A DNA stretch of 59,231 nt, counting the filler. It is 4 parts of 4 records of this genome, joined end to end, with 100 filler letters (N's around TTAATTAATTAA, not from the genome) between each part and the next. Parts side by side here need not be neighbours in the genome. Positions count along the whole stretch, not along the records: positions 44,481 to 59,231 come from SRR2962707_5446; 3 more parts are not named here. One strand, 5' to 3'. Every line of letters starts with the position of its first letter. The first letter of the stretch is position 1. Below, piece by piece: positions 48,290-57,552 of this stretch. Under the pieces are notes generated by a model. That model had not been told where the DNA came from and did not search any database. It worked only from the letters and a program-made list of their open reading frames with translations. The translations under genes were made by a program, and so were the position numbers.

Positions 48290-49789
48290 TCAGCTTGCGA
48301 GGCGTTCGGGTTCGCGCTCGGCGCGCGGCGCCGAGGCAGGCTTCGAGAATTCCATCGCGCCGTCGTCCACCTTGCCGAACTTCAGCGTCATGATGTCGAG
48401 CGCATAGTTCTGATAGAGCTTCCACGGCTTCTTGGAGCCCTGCTTGGGAAACTTGTCGAGCGAACGCTGCACGTAGCCGGAGCTGAAGTCGAGCCAGGGC
48501 TCTTCCTTGACTTCCGGGTCGTTGAGGCGCGGCGTTGCCTGCCGCGTGCCGGTGTCGTCCATGTGGTTCAGCAAACGGCAGACATATTCGCAGGTCAGGT
48601 CGCATTTCAGCGTCCATGACGCATTGGTGTAGCCAAAGGCCGAAGCGAGGTTCGGCACGCCGGAATACATCATGCCCTTGTAGCTCATCGTTTCGGAGAG
48701 ATCGACGTGGCTTCCGTCGACGTCGATCTCCATGCCGCCAAGCACCTTCAGGTTGAGGCCGGTCGCCGTGACAACGAGATCCGCTTCAAGCTCCTCGCCC
48801 GACTTCAGCAGAATGCCGTTCTCGGTGAAGCTCTCGATGTGATCCGTGACGACCGAGGCGCGGCCTTCCTTGATCACATCGAACAGGTCGCCATTGGGCA
48901 CGAGGCAGAGGCGCTGGTCCCACGGATTGTAGTTCGGTGTGAAGTGCTTCTTGACGAACTCCGAGCCGAGCTGCTCGCGCACGCCGTTCAGGATCATCTG
49001 CTTCGCCTTCGCGGGCTTCGCACGGCAATATTTGAAGAAGGCCATGCCGAGCAGCACGTTCTTCCAGCGCGTGATCGCATAAGCGAGCTTCGCAGGCAAT
49101 TTGCTGCGCAGCCAGTTCGCGACGCCGTCTTCGGCGGGCCGCGACACGACGTAGGTCGGCGAGCGCTGCAGCATGGTGACGTGCGAGGCTTCCTTCGCCA
49201 TTTCCGGCACCAGCGTTACCGCCGTCGCGCCGGAGCCGATCACGACGACGCGCTTGCCGCTATAATCGATGTCTTGCGTCCACTTCTGCGGATGCGCGAT
49301 GCGGCCCTTGAAGCGCTCGACGCCCGGAAAGTCCGGCGTGTAGCCCTTCTCGTAGTCGTAATAGCCCGAGCACATGAAAACGAAATTGCAGGTGAAGCGC
49401 ACACGCTCCTTCGACGGGCCGGTTTCGGCCTCGATGGTCCAGGTGGCGTCTTCGCTCGACCAGGACGCGCTCTTCACCATGTGGCCGAAGCGGATGTGGC
49501 GGTCGATGCCGTTGTCGCGCGCGGTTTCACGCACATAGTTCAGGATCGAGGGGCCATCCGCGATCGCCTTCGCTTCCGTCCAGGGTTTGAACGAATAGCC
49601 GAGCGTGTACATGTCCGAGTCCGAACGAATGCCGGGATAACGGAACAGGTCCCAGGTGCCGCCGATGGCTTCGCGGCCTTCTAGGATGACGTAGCTCTTG
49701 CCGGGGCAGTTCGCCTGCAGGTGGTAGCCCGCGCCGATGCCGGACAGGCCGGCACCCACAATGAGCACGTCGAAATGTTCATTCGTCAT
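48290..49789 (-). CDS. Flavin-containing Baeyer-Villiger-type monooxygenase (EthA-like)
   Basis: GAGLSG, GGTWDLFRYPGIRSDSD, FKGRIAHPQKW, GSGATA. Confidence 0.92.
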   Translation of the reverse strand: MTNEHFDVLIVGAGLSGIGAGYHLQANCPGKSYVILEGREAIGGTWDLFRYPGIRSDSDMYTLGYSFKPWTEAKAIADGPSILNYVRETARDNGIDRHIRFGHMVKSASWSSEDATWTIEAETGPSKERVRFTCNFVFMCSGYYDYEKGYTPDFPGVERFKGRIAHPQKWTQDIDYSGKRVVVIGSGATAVTLVPEMAKEASHVTMLQRSPTYVVSRPAEDGVANWLRSKLPAKLAYAITRWKNVLLGMAFFKYCRAKPAKAKQMILNGVREQLGSEFVKKHFTPNYNPWDQRLCLVPNGDLFDVIKEGRASVVTDHIESFTENGILLKSGEELEADLVVTATGLNLKVLGGMEIDVDGSHVDLSETMSYKGMMYSGVPNLASAFGYTNASWTLKCDLTCEYVCRLLNHMDDTGTRQATPRLNDPEVKEEPWLDFSSGYVQRSLDKFPKQGSKKPWKLYQNYALDIMTLKFGKVDDGAMEFSKPASAPRAEREPERLAS

Positions 49790-49997
49790 GGATCACTCTT
49801 CTCCGAATTGACGCAGCGCCATAAAGGGCTTTCTGGCGCAATCTCTACCTTGCTGCGAGGAAAAACGCACTAGTCAATTGACAAGACAGTAAGTAACGGA
49901 ATGGAACCGCAGAAACCCGCCATATTTCCTTTCAATTCCACGCATCACAGATAGTTAGTAAGGTGCCCGAACAAAAGAAGGTCAGGGGATTCGATCA

Positions 49998-51224
49998 TTG
50001 ACGACGCCAGCGCGCGACCATCGGGCCGACCATCGCTGGTACATGGCGGGGATCTGGAGCTATTTCCTCGCGGGTGGCATTCAGGGTGTGCTTTTCCCCT
50101 GGATCATCACTGTCGTCCTGAATGAGAGTTCGGACCGCGTCGGTATTGCGCAGATGTTCTCGATGCTGCCGATGCTGCTTCTCGGTCTCTTCGGCGGCGC
50201 GGCAGCCGACCGCACGGAACTTCGACGCCATCTGATGCGGCTGCAGGCAATCGCCATGCTGCCGCCGCTGATCCTCGCCATTCTCATGTACAACGGCATC
50301 GTTACCTACGAACTGATGATCCTGTACGTGCTGTCGCTCTCCTCGCTCGGCGGCTACATCATGCCGGCGCGCGATTCCATGCTGTCTCGTGTCGCCCTTA
50401 ACAGCATGGGCGGCAACATTCAGCGCGCCGTCGCGCTGGCCATGAGCGGTCAGTTTCTTGGCCAGGTGGTGGGTTTTCAGATCGGCGCGCCGGCGGAATA
50501 TATCGGTGCATGGCCCTTGCTCCTGTTGCAGAGCGCGCTGCTCGGCTTCGCGATGTTCACGACTTCGCGCCTTCCGCCGGTCCTTCCCTCGCCGCGCGAA
50601 CATACCCGGCGGCAACCCTTCAAGGATGTGAAGGAAGGTTTCATCGCCGTGCTGAAGCATGACCGCATCAGGCCGGTGCTCATGCTCATGTTCTTTTCGG
50701 GCATCCTGTTCATGGGTGTCTTCATGGTTCTCTTTCCGATTCTCATCCGCGACGTCTATCAGGGCGGCTCGCGCGAGATCGGCAATGTCATGGCATCGTT
50801 TTTCGGCGGCATCGGCATATCGTCCTTCGCGCTTTCGCGCCTGAAACCGATCCGCAGGCAAGGCCGCGCGATCATGCTCGCCATGTGCACCGGCTCGGTG
50901 GTGATGGTCATGATCCATTTCAATCCGCCGATCTGGGGCGTCTATCTGCTCGCGCTCGGCTGGGGGCTTGCTGCCGGCGTTTCCATGAGCCAATCGCGCG
51001 CCATCGTGCAGGAAGGCGCCTCCGATGCCCTTCGGGCGCGAATGCTGGCCGGTTTCAACCTTGGCACCATGGGCGGCGGGCCTATCGGCGCATTGCTGAC
51101 GGGCTTCGTCATCCGCTGGGTAGGGCCGCTCGACGCGGTTCTCGTTCCCTGTTCGCTGATGGTGGTTCTCTGGGGCGCGATCTTCCTTTTCACGCCGCTC
51201 TGGCGGATTGAAGCGCCCCGGTAA
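49998..51224 (+). CDS. MFS transporter (paralogue of 47012-48262)
   Basis: About 12 TM helices, GGAAADRTELRR, PARDSMLSRVA. Confidence 0.88.
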   Translation: MTTPARDHRADHRWYMAGIWSYFLAGGIQGVLFPWIITVVLNESSDRVGIAQMFSMLPMLLLGLFGGAAADRTELRRHLMRLQAIAMLPPLILAILMYNGIVTYELMILYVLSLSSLGGYIMPARDSMLSRVALNSMGGNIQRAVALAMSGQFLGQVVGFQIGAPAEYIGAWPLLLLQSALLGFAMFTTSRLPPVLPSPREHTRRQPFKDVKEGFIAVLKHDRIRPVLMLMFFSGILFMGVFMVLFPILIRDVYQGGSREIGNVMASFFGGIGISSFALSRLKPIRRQGRAIMLAMCTGSVVMVMIHFNPPIWGVYLLALGWGLAAGVSMSQSRAIVQEGASDALRARMLAGFNLGTMGGGPIGALLTGFVIRWVGPLDAVLVPCSLMVVLWGAIFLFTPLWRIEAPR

Positions 51225-51293
51225 TCCCCACCTTCCGCGGAACGTGTATGCTGCCCGCCGGTACTGTGCGATCACGCTTTTCGGGGCCCTTTC

Positions 51294-53144
51294 ATGAATG
51301 ACAATCCGGCGCTTGCCGCCGCGCTGATCGTGTTTATCGGCGCAGCCGCGCAATGGTTCTCCTGGTGGATGAAACTGCCGGCGATCCTGCTTCTTTTGAT
51401 CGCAGGTCTCCTCATCGGGCCTGGCTTGCAGCTCTTCAGCCCGGATGAAATGTTCGGCGACCTGCTCTTCCCCTTCGTCTCGCTCGGCGTCGCCGTCATT
51501 CTGTTTGAGGGGAGCCTGACGCTCCGCTTCAGCGAAATTCGTGGACACGGCCAGATCGTGACCCGGCTCGTCACGCTCGGCGCGGGTGTCACCATCGTCG
51601 TCGCGGCGCTCGGTGCGTGGATGCTCGGTCTGTTGAGCTTTGAGGTCGCGTTCCTCTTCGGCGCGCTCGTCTCTGTTACCGGCCCCACCGTCATCATCCC
51701 GATCCTGCGATCCGTCGGCCTCACCCGCAACGCGGCCAATGTGCTCCGCTGGGAAGGCGTGATCATCGATCCGCTCGGCGCGCTTGCGGCCGTCGTCATC
51801 TTCCAGTTCGTCGCCGTCGACGCGGCGGACCCCGGCAACCTCCTCCTGATCGCGGAAATCTTTGCGGCGGGCGTCGTTCTCGGCGCGGGCGCAGGCTATG
51901 CCTTCGGCTGGATTTTGCGGCGGCATGTACTGCCCGACTATCTGCACAACGTCATCGCGCTGGCGCTGGTGCTGGCGGTCTTTGTCGGTGCGAACGAAAT
52001 CGCGCATGAATCCGGGCTCCTCGCCGTCACCGTCATGGGCATCTTTCTCGCCAACATGCGCGATGTCGATGTCGAGGACATTTTGGACTTCAAGGAAAGC
52101 CTGACGATCCTTCTCACCTCGATCCTCTTCATCGTTCTCGCTGCGCGGCTTCCCATCGACGCCTTCACCGCGAACTGGACGATGGTGGCGGCGCTGATGG
52201 GAATTATTCTCTTCGTCGCCCGCCCGCTTTCGGTTTTCGTATCGACGGCGGGAACCTCGATGCCCTGGCGGGAACGCGCGATCCTCTCCTGGATCGCACC
52301 GCGCGGCATCGTCGCCGCCGCCGTGTCCGGCCTGTTCGCGATCCAGCTCGACCTCGCAGGCGTCGAGGGCGCACAAACGCTCGTCGCGCTCACATTCACC
52401 GTTATCGTGACGACGGTTTTGCTGCAGAGCCTGACGGCGCGCCCGCTGGCGCGGCTTCTCGGTGTTGCCGATCCCGAGCCGCGCGGCCTTCTCATCGTCG
52501 GAGGCAATCCCGTCGCGCATGCGATTGCGAACAGCCTCAAGAAACTCGACTTCGAGGTGATCCTTGCCGACACCTCATGGGAACAGACGCGCAAGGCGCG
52601 GATGGCGGGGTTGCGCACCTTCTTCGGAAACATCGTCTCGGACGATGCCGACCGCAGGCTCGATCTTGTCGGTATCGGGCAGTTGCTGGCGCTGTCCACG
52701 CGCGCGCCGCTCAACACGCTTGCCTGTCTGCGCTATGCACGGGAATTCGGCTCCGGCTCTGTGTTTCGCATTCGCCTCGCCGATCAGGCAGAGAACGTCG
52801 CCGCGATTGAAGGCCGCCTGCTCTTCAAGGAAGATACGACGCTCGAAGCGCTTGAGCAGCGGCTCGCGGAAGGCTGGCAGATCAAAATGACGAAGCTGAC
52901 GGAAGAGTATGGCTTCCAGCAGATGCTGGAGCAGCAAGGCGGCGAGGCCATTCCGCTCTACGCGATCTCGAAGGACAATGTCGTCTATCCCTTCGCCGAG
53001 GACCGCACCTTCAAGGCGAACCCCGGCTGGCAGGTGGCCAATCTTGTGAAGCCCACCGTGGAAGTAGCGGCGGCCGAAGCGTCCGTGGCGGAACGCGCCA
53101 AGTCGCATCTTCAGAAAGTGACGCCGCCGAAGTTGCCGGACTGA
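51294..53144 (+). CDS. CPA1 cation:proton antiporter with a C-terminal TrkA-N-like domain
   Basis: ILFEG, VTGPTVI, WEGVIIDPLGA, APRGIVAAA. Confidence 0.9.
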   Translation: MNDNPALAAALIVFIGAAAQWFSWWMKLPAILLLLIAGLLIGPGLQLFSPDEMFGDLLFPFVSLGVAVILFEGSLTLRFSEIRGHGQIVTRLVTLGAGVTIVVAALGAWMLGLLSFEVAFLFGALVSVTGPTVIIPILRSVGLTRNAANVLRWEGVIIDPLGALAAVVIFQFVAVDAADPGNLLLIAEIFAAGVVLGAGAGYAFGWILRRHVLPDYLHNVIALALVLAVFVGANEIAHESGLLAVTVMGIFLANMRDVDVEDILDFKESLTILLTSILFIVLAARLPIDAFTANWTMVAALMGIILFVARPLSVFVSTAGTSMPWRERAILSWIAPRGIVAAAVSGLFAIQLDLAGVEGAQTLVALTFTVIVTTVLLQSLTARPLARLLGVADPEPRGLLIVGGNPVAHAIANSLKKLDFEVILADTSWEQTRKARMAGLRTFFGNIVSDDADRRLDLVGIGQLLALSTRAPLNTLACLRYAREFGSGSVFRIRLADQAENVAAIEGRLLFKEDTTLEALEQRLAEGWQIKMTKLTEEYGFQQMLEQQGGEAIPLYAISKDNVVYPFAEDRTFKANPGWQVANLVKPTVEVAAAEASVAERAKSHLQKVTPPKLPD

Positions 53145-53146
53145 AA

Positions 53147-53171
53147 GAGGCGGGGAAGTTATCCCCGCCTC
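53147..53171. terminator. Hairpin between convergent genes
   Basis: GAGGCGGGGA-AGTTA-TCCCCGCCTC. Confidence 0.65.
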
Positions 53172-53182
53172 CCGTTTCGCGA

Positions 53183-54088
53183 CTAGCTGTATTTGCGCTC
53201 ATCCCACCACGGATAAAAGGACGGCATGTCCTTGGAGACCGTGCAGGGATATTCCGCGGCGCGCTTTTCGAGGAAGGACATGACGCCTTCCTTTGCGTCC
53301 GCCGAAGCGCCGCGGGCATAGATTGCGCGGCTGTCCACTTTATGCGCTTCCATCGGATGGTCGGCGCCGAGCATGCGCCAGAGCATCTGGCGGGTGAGAG
53401 CGACGGAAACCTGCGCGGTGTTGTCCACGATTTCCTTTGCCAGTTCGCGGGCGGCGGGAAGAAGATCGTCCGGCTTGTGGAGCGAGCGTACAAGCCCGCC
53501 CTTCAGCGCTTCCTCTGCGCCGAAGACACGGCCCGAATAGGTCCATTCGAGCGCCTGGCTGATGCCGACGACACGCGGGAGGAAATAGCTTGAGCAGGCT
53601 TCCGGCACGATGCCGCGTCGCGCGAAGACGAAGCCGAACTTCGCGCTCTCCGAGGCAAGGCGAATATCCATCGGCAACTGCATGGTGACGCCGACGCCCA
53701 CCGCCGGGCCGTTGATCGCGCCGATGACCGGCTTCAGGCTCTCGAAAATGCGGAGCGTCAGCCGTCCGCCGCCATCGCGCACGCTTTCATGGCTCCAGTC
53801 GATGTCGCCGTTCTGCTTCACCGGTGTGCCCTGCTTTTCGGGACGGTCCTCGCGCTCGGCATAGTCGAAGGTCTTGGCGCCCGCCGAAAGGTCGGCGCCG
53901 GCGCAGAAGGCGCGGCCCTCGCCCGTCACGATGATCGCGCGCACATCGTCGTCCGCATCCGCCTTGTCGAAGGCATCGATCATTTCGAACATCATCTGGC
54001 CGGTGAAGGCGTTCAGTTTGTCCGGGCGATGCAGCGTCAGCGTGAGAATGTTGTCCGCCACTTCGTATTTGATCGTCTCGTAAGCCAT
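53183..54088 (-). CDS. Crotonase/enoyl-CoA hydratase family protein
   Basis: RAFCAGADL, KPVIGAINGPAVGVG, GIVPE. Confidence 0.93.
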   Translation of the reverse strand: MAYETIKYEVADNILTLTLHRPDKLNAFTGQMMFEMIDAFDKADADDDVRAIIVTGEGRAFCAGADLSAGAKTFDYAEREDRPEKQGTPVKQNGDIDWSHESVRDGGGRLTLRIFESLKPVIGAINGPAVGVGVTMQLPMDIRLASESAKFGFVFARRGIVPEACSSYFLPRVVGISQALEWTYSGRVFGAEEALKGGLVRSLHKPDDLLPAARELAKEIVDNTAQVSVALTRQMLWRMLGADHPMEAHKVDSRAIYARGASADAKEGVMSFLEKRAAEYPCTVSKDMPSFYPWWDERKYS

Positions 54089-54341
54089 TTATTCGCTTCC
54101 TGTTTCTGGATGTTTCTGGTTTTACCGAATTTCCGGTTCCTTGAAGGCCCCTTGCGCACTGCCGTTGCGTCAACTCCGCGCCGCCCGAAGGAAGTTGACG
54201 AGCACGTCATCTTGCTGTGTCTTTGCGCCTCAAAGGGCCGCAATTTCATGGGCCCAGATATAACAATGGACTCGCATAAAAGCGAAATCCGGGCGGGGTG
54301 TCTGCTCCGCCTCTCAGTTTCATGCCGGGAGACGACCAGCG

Positions 54342-55898
54342 ATGCATCCTTCTGCCCATGCGAAAACGACACCCGACAAGCCTGCCTACATCATGGCGGC
54401 GACGGGCGAGACCGTGACCTACAAGGAGCTGGACGAACGGTCGAACCAGTTGGCGCATTTCTTCCGTGAGGCGGGTCTGAAGGCGGGCGATTCCATCGCC
54501 CTCTTCATGGACAACAATGCGCGCTTCTACGAAATCTGCTGGGCGGCGCAGCGGGCCGGTCTTTACTACACCTGCGTTTCCTCTCGTCTCACGGCGAGCG
54601 AAGTCGCCTATATCGCCGACGATTGCAATGCGCGGATGTTTTTTGCCTCTGCGACGCTTTCCAGCGTGGCGGAGGAACTTCTGAAGGACGGTCTCCTTCC
54701 TTCGCGGGTCGAACGGAAATTTGCCGTCGACGGCGCGATTCCGGGCTATGAAAATTTCGAGGAAGCGCGGGCGAAGTTCCCGGCAACGCCGATTGCCGAC
54801 GAGACGGCGGGAACCGACATGCTCTATTCCTCCGGCACCACCGGACGGCCGAAGGGCGTGAAGCATCCGTTGACAGGCGGCGCAATCGACGACGACACAG
54901 CGCTCGAAGGCCTCGCCATGCTGCTATACGGCATGGACGCAAATACGATCTACCTGTCGCCCGCGCCGCTTTATCACGCTGCACCGCTGCGCTGGTCGAT
55001 GACCGTGCAACGGCTCGGCGGCACCGTGGTCGTGATGGAGCATTTCGACGCCGAGGATGCGCTCCGCCAGATCGAAAAGCACAAGGCGACGCACAGCCAG
55101 TGGGTGCCGACCATGTTCGTGCGCATGCTCAAGATGCCGGAAGAGGTGCGCGCGAAATACGACGTTTCCTCGATGAAGGTCGCGATTCATGCCGCCGCAC
55201 CCTGCCCCGTCCCCGTGAAGGAGCAGATGATCCAGTGGTGGGGTCCGGTGATCTACGAATATTATGCGGGCTCGGAGGGCAACGGCTTCACGGCGCTCAA
55301 TTCGGAAGAATGGCTCGCGCACAAGGGTTCCGTCGGCAAGCCGCTCAACGCCATCGCGCATATTTGCGACGACGAGGGCAACGAGCTTCCGGCCGGCGAA
55401 GCGGGCACGATCTATTTCGAAAGCGAAAGCCAGTTCGAGTATCACAACGATCCGAAGAAGACGAAGGAAGCCCGCCACCCGGACCATCCGACATGGTCGA
55501 CGCTCGGCGATATCGGCCGTGTCGATGAAGAGGGTTATCTTTATCTGACCGACCGCAAGGCCTTCATGATCATTTCCGGCGGTGTGAACATCTATCCGCA
55601 GGAGGCCGAGAATATCCTCGTCATGCACCCGAGCGTTGCGGATGTCGCTGTCATCGGCGTGCCCAACGAGGATTTCGGCGAGGAAGTGAAGGCCATCGTA
55701 CAACCCATTGACTGGGCGGATGCCGGACCGGCGCTTGAGGCCGAACTGATGGAGTTCTGCAAGAGCCAGCTCTCCGCCATCAAATGTCCGCGCTCCATCG
55801 ATTTCGAGGAGGAACTGCCGCGGCACCCGACGGGCAAGCTCTACAAGCGGCTCATCCGGGATCGCTACTGGGGCAACCGGGACAGCAAGATCGTATGA
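54342..55898 (+). CDS. Acyl-CoA synthetase (AMP-forming)
   Basis: YSSGTTGRPKG, PLYHAAP, YAGSE, GDIG, TGKLYK. Confidence 0.93.
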   Translation: MHPSAHAKTTPDKPAYIMAATGETVTYKELDERSNQLAHFFREAGLKAGDSIALFMDNNARFYEICWAAQRAGLYYTCVSSRLTASEVAYIADDCNARMFFASATLSSVAEELLKDGLLPSRVERKFAVDGAIPGYENFEEARAKFPATPIADETAGTDMLYSSGTTGRPKGVKHPLTGGAIDDDTALEGLAMLLYGMDANTIYLSPAPLYHAAPLRWSMTVQRLGGTVVVMEHFDAEDALRQIEKHKATHSQWVPTMFVRMLKMPEEVRAKYDVSSMKVAIHAAAPCPVPVKEQMIQWWGPVIYEYYAGSEGNGFTALNSEEWLAHKGSVGKPLNAIAHICDDEGNELPAGEAGTIYFESESQFEYHNDPKKTKEARHPDHPTWSTLGDIGRVDEEGYLYLTDRKAFMIISGGVNIYPQEAENILVMHPSVADVAVIGVPNEDFGEEVKAIVQPIDWADAGPALEAELMEFCKSQLSAIKCPRSIDFEEELPRHPTGKLYKRLIRDRYWGNRDSKIV

Positions 55899-55903
55899 CT
55901 TTC

Positions 55904-55930
55904 AAACGGGCGCCTCGGGCGCCCGTTTTT
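55904..55930 (+). terminator. Rho-independent terminator
   Basis: AAACGGGCGCC-TCG-GGCGCCCGTTTTT. Confidence 0.8.
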
Positions 55931-56000
55931 CATGCCGGAGCCCGCCGCCGCTTCACGCGTTATGTGATAGATTGAGACGATTCACCGTAAGGAGACACCG

Positions 56001-56480
56001 ATGGCCAAGGGAAAACGCAGGCTCGTATGGGCCGGAGTGATGCTAGCGGGCATGGTTGCGACAGGCGGAGCGGTTCTCGCCCAGACATCCGAAATGCACA
56101 CGCAAGGCCATCAGTGCCGGAATCTCGGCAAATCGAACAAGCTCTTCGACAAGAATTACTACGTCTATTTCGAGACCAATTCGAGCCGCATCGACCCCAA
56201 ATACCAGGAAGATTTCGAGCGCATCCACAATCTCGCCGAGGGCCAAAACGCTCAGCAAATCTGCCTCTTCGGCAAGTCCAGCAAGACGGGCAACCCGGCC
56301 GCCAATGCGGAGCTCTCACGCAAACGCGCGCGGAACGTCGCGGATGCCTTCACGGCGCTTGGCTGGCCAGCCTCCAAGATCGCCATCAGCTCCGAGGGCG
56401 AGGCGTGGGGCTGGCTCGAGGAAACGCTGACCTGGGACGCCAAGGAAGACCGCCGCGTCCGCATCAGGCTTTCGCGCTGA
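56001..56480 (+). CDS. Secreted single-domain OmpA-family protein
   Basis: Signal peptide, YFETNS, NAELSRKRA, DRRVRI. Confidence 0.8.
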   Translation: MAKGKRRLVWAGVMLAGMVATGGAVLAQTSEMHTQGHQCRNLGKSNKLFDKNYYVYFETNSSRIDPKYQEDFERIHNLAEGQNAQQICLFGKSSKTGNPAANAELSRKRARNVADAFTALGWPASKIAISSEGEAWGWLEETLTWDAKEDRRVRIRLSR

Positions 56481-56581
56481 TTTGAGCTTCCCGCTTGGCG
56501 CGCGGCGGATGGGTCGCTAATTTGCCTCCCGAATGGCTCCCAAGGGGCCGAACAATCGCCACCACCCAACGGGAGAGCCAA

Positions 56582-57034
<453 letters not shown>

Positions 57035-57119
57035 GCAGGAAGCGGGCGCCCTTCGGCTTGCCCGGAAGGTGCCCGCGCCCCATATCCTCTTCAGGAAATC
57101 CCTGACCCGGAAGAAGCAA

Positions 57120-57542
57120 ATGGCTGACGACAAGTCCCGGAAGCTCGAGAAAAACGACTCCGAATGGCGCGAGAAGCTCACGCCCGAGCAATTCGCCGTG
57201 ACGCGCGAGGCGGGCACCGAACGGGCCTTTACCGGACCGTGGGTAAACGAGCATCGCGACGGGACCTACAAGTGCATCTGCTGCGGCGAACCGCTGTTCC
57301 GCTCCGAAACCAAATATGAGAGCGGGTCGGGCTGGCCGAGTTTTTACGAGCCGATCGGAAAGGACGCGGTCGAGGAACACACAGACGACAGCCACAACAT
57401 GCGGCGAACCGAAGTCGTGTGCGCGAAATGCGATGCGCATCTCGGCCATGTATTTCCAGACGGGCCGCGCCCGACGGGCCTTCGCTACTGCATGAACGGT
57501 ACCGCGCTCGACTTCAAGCCCGACGACGCCTCCGGCGATTGA
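57120..57542 (+). CDS. msrB: Peptide-methionine (R)-S-oxide reductase
   Basis: [31 protein letters not shown]. Confidence 0.96.
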   Translation: MADDKSRKLEKNDSEWREKLTPEQFAVTREAGTERAFTGPWVNEHRDGTYKCICCGEPLFRSETKYESGSGWPSFYEPIGKDAVEEHTDDSHNMRRTEVVCAKCDAHLGHVFPDGPRPTGLRYCMNGTALDFKPDDASGD

Positions 57543-57552
57543 ACGCACAAAA

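Noticed and set aside
46918-48393. 491-aa Arg-rich plus-strand ORF
   Set aside because: Alternative frame over the MFS gene; low-complexity composition.
49995-52520. 841-aa minus-strand ORF
   Set aside because: Antisense shadow of the MFS and antiporter genes, typical of high-GC DNA; no recognisable motifs.
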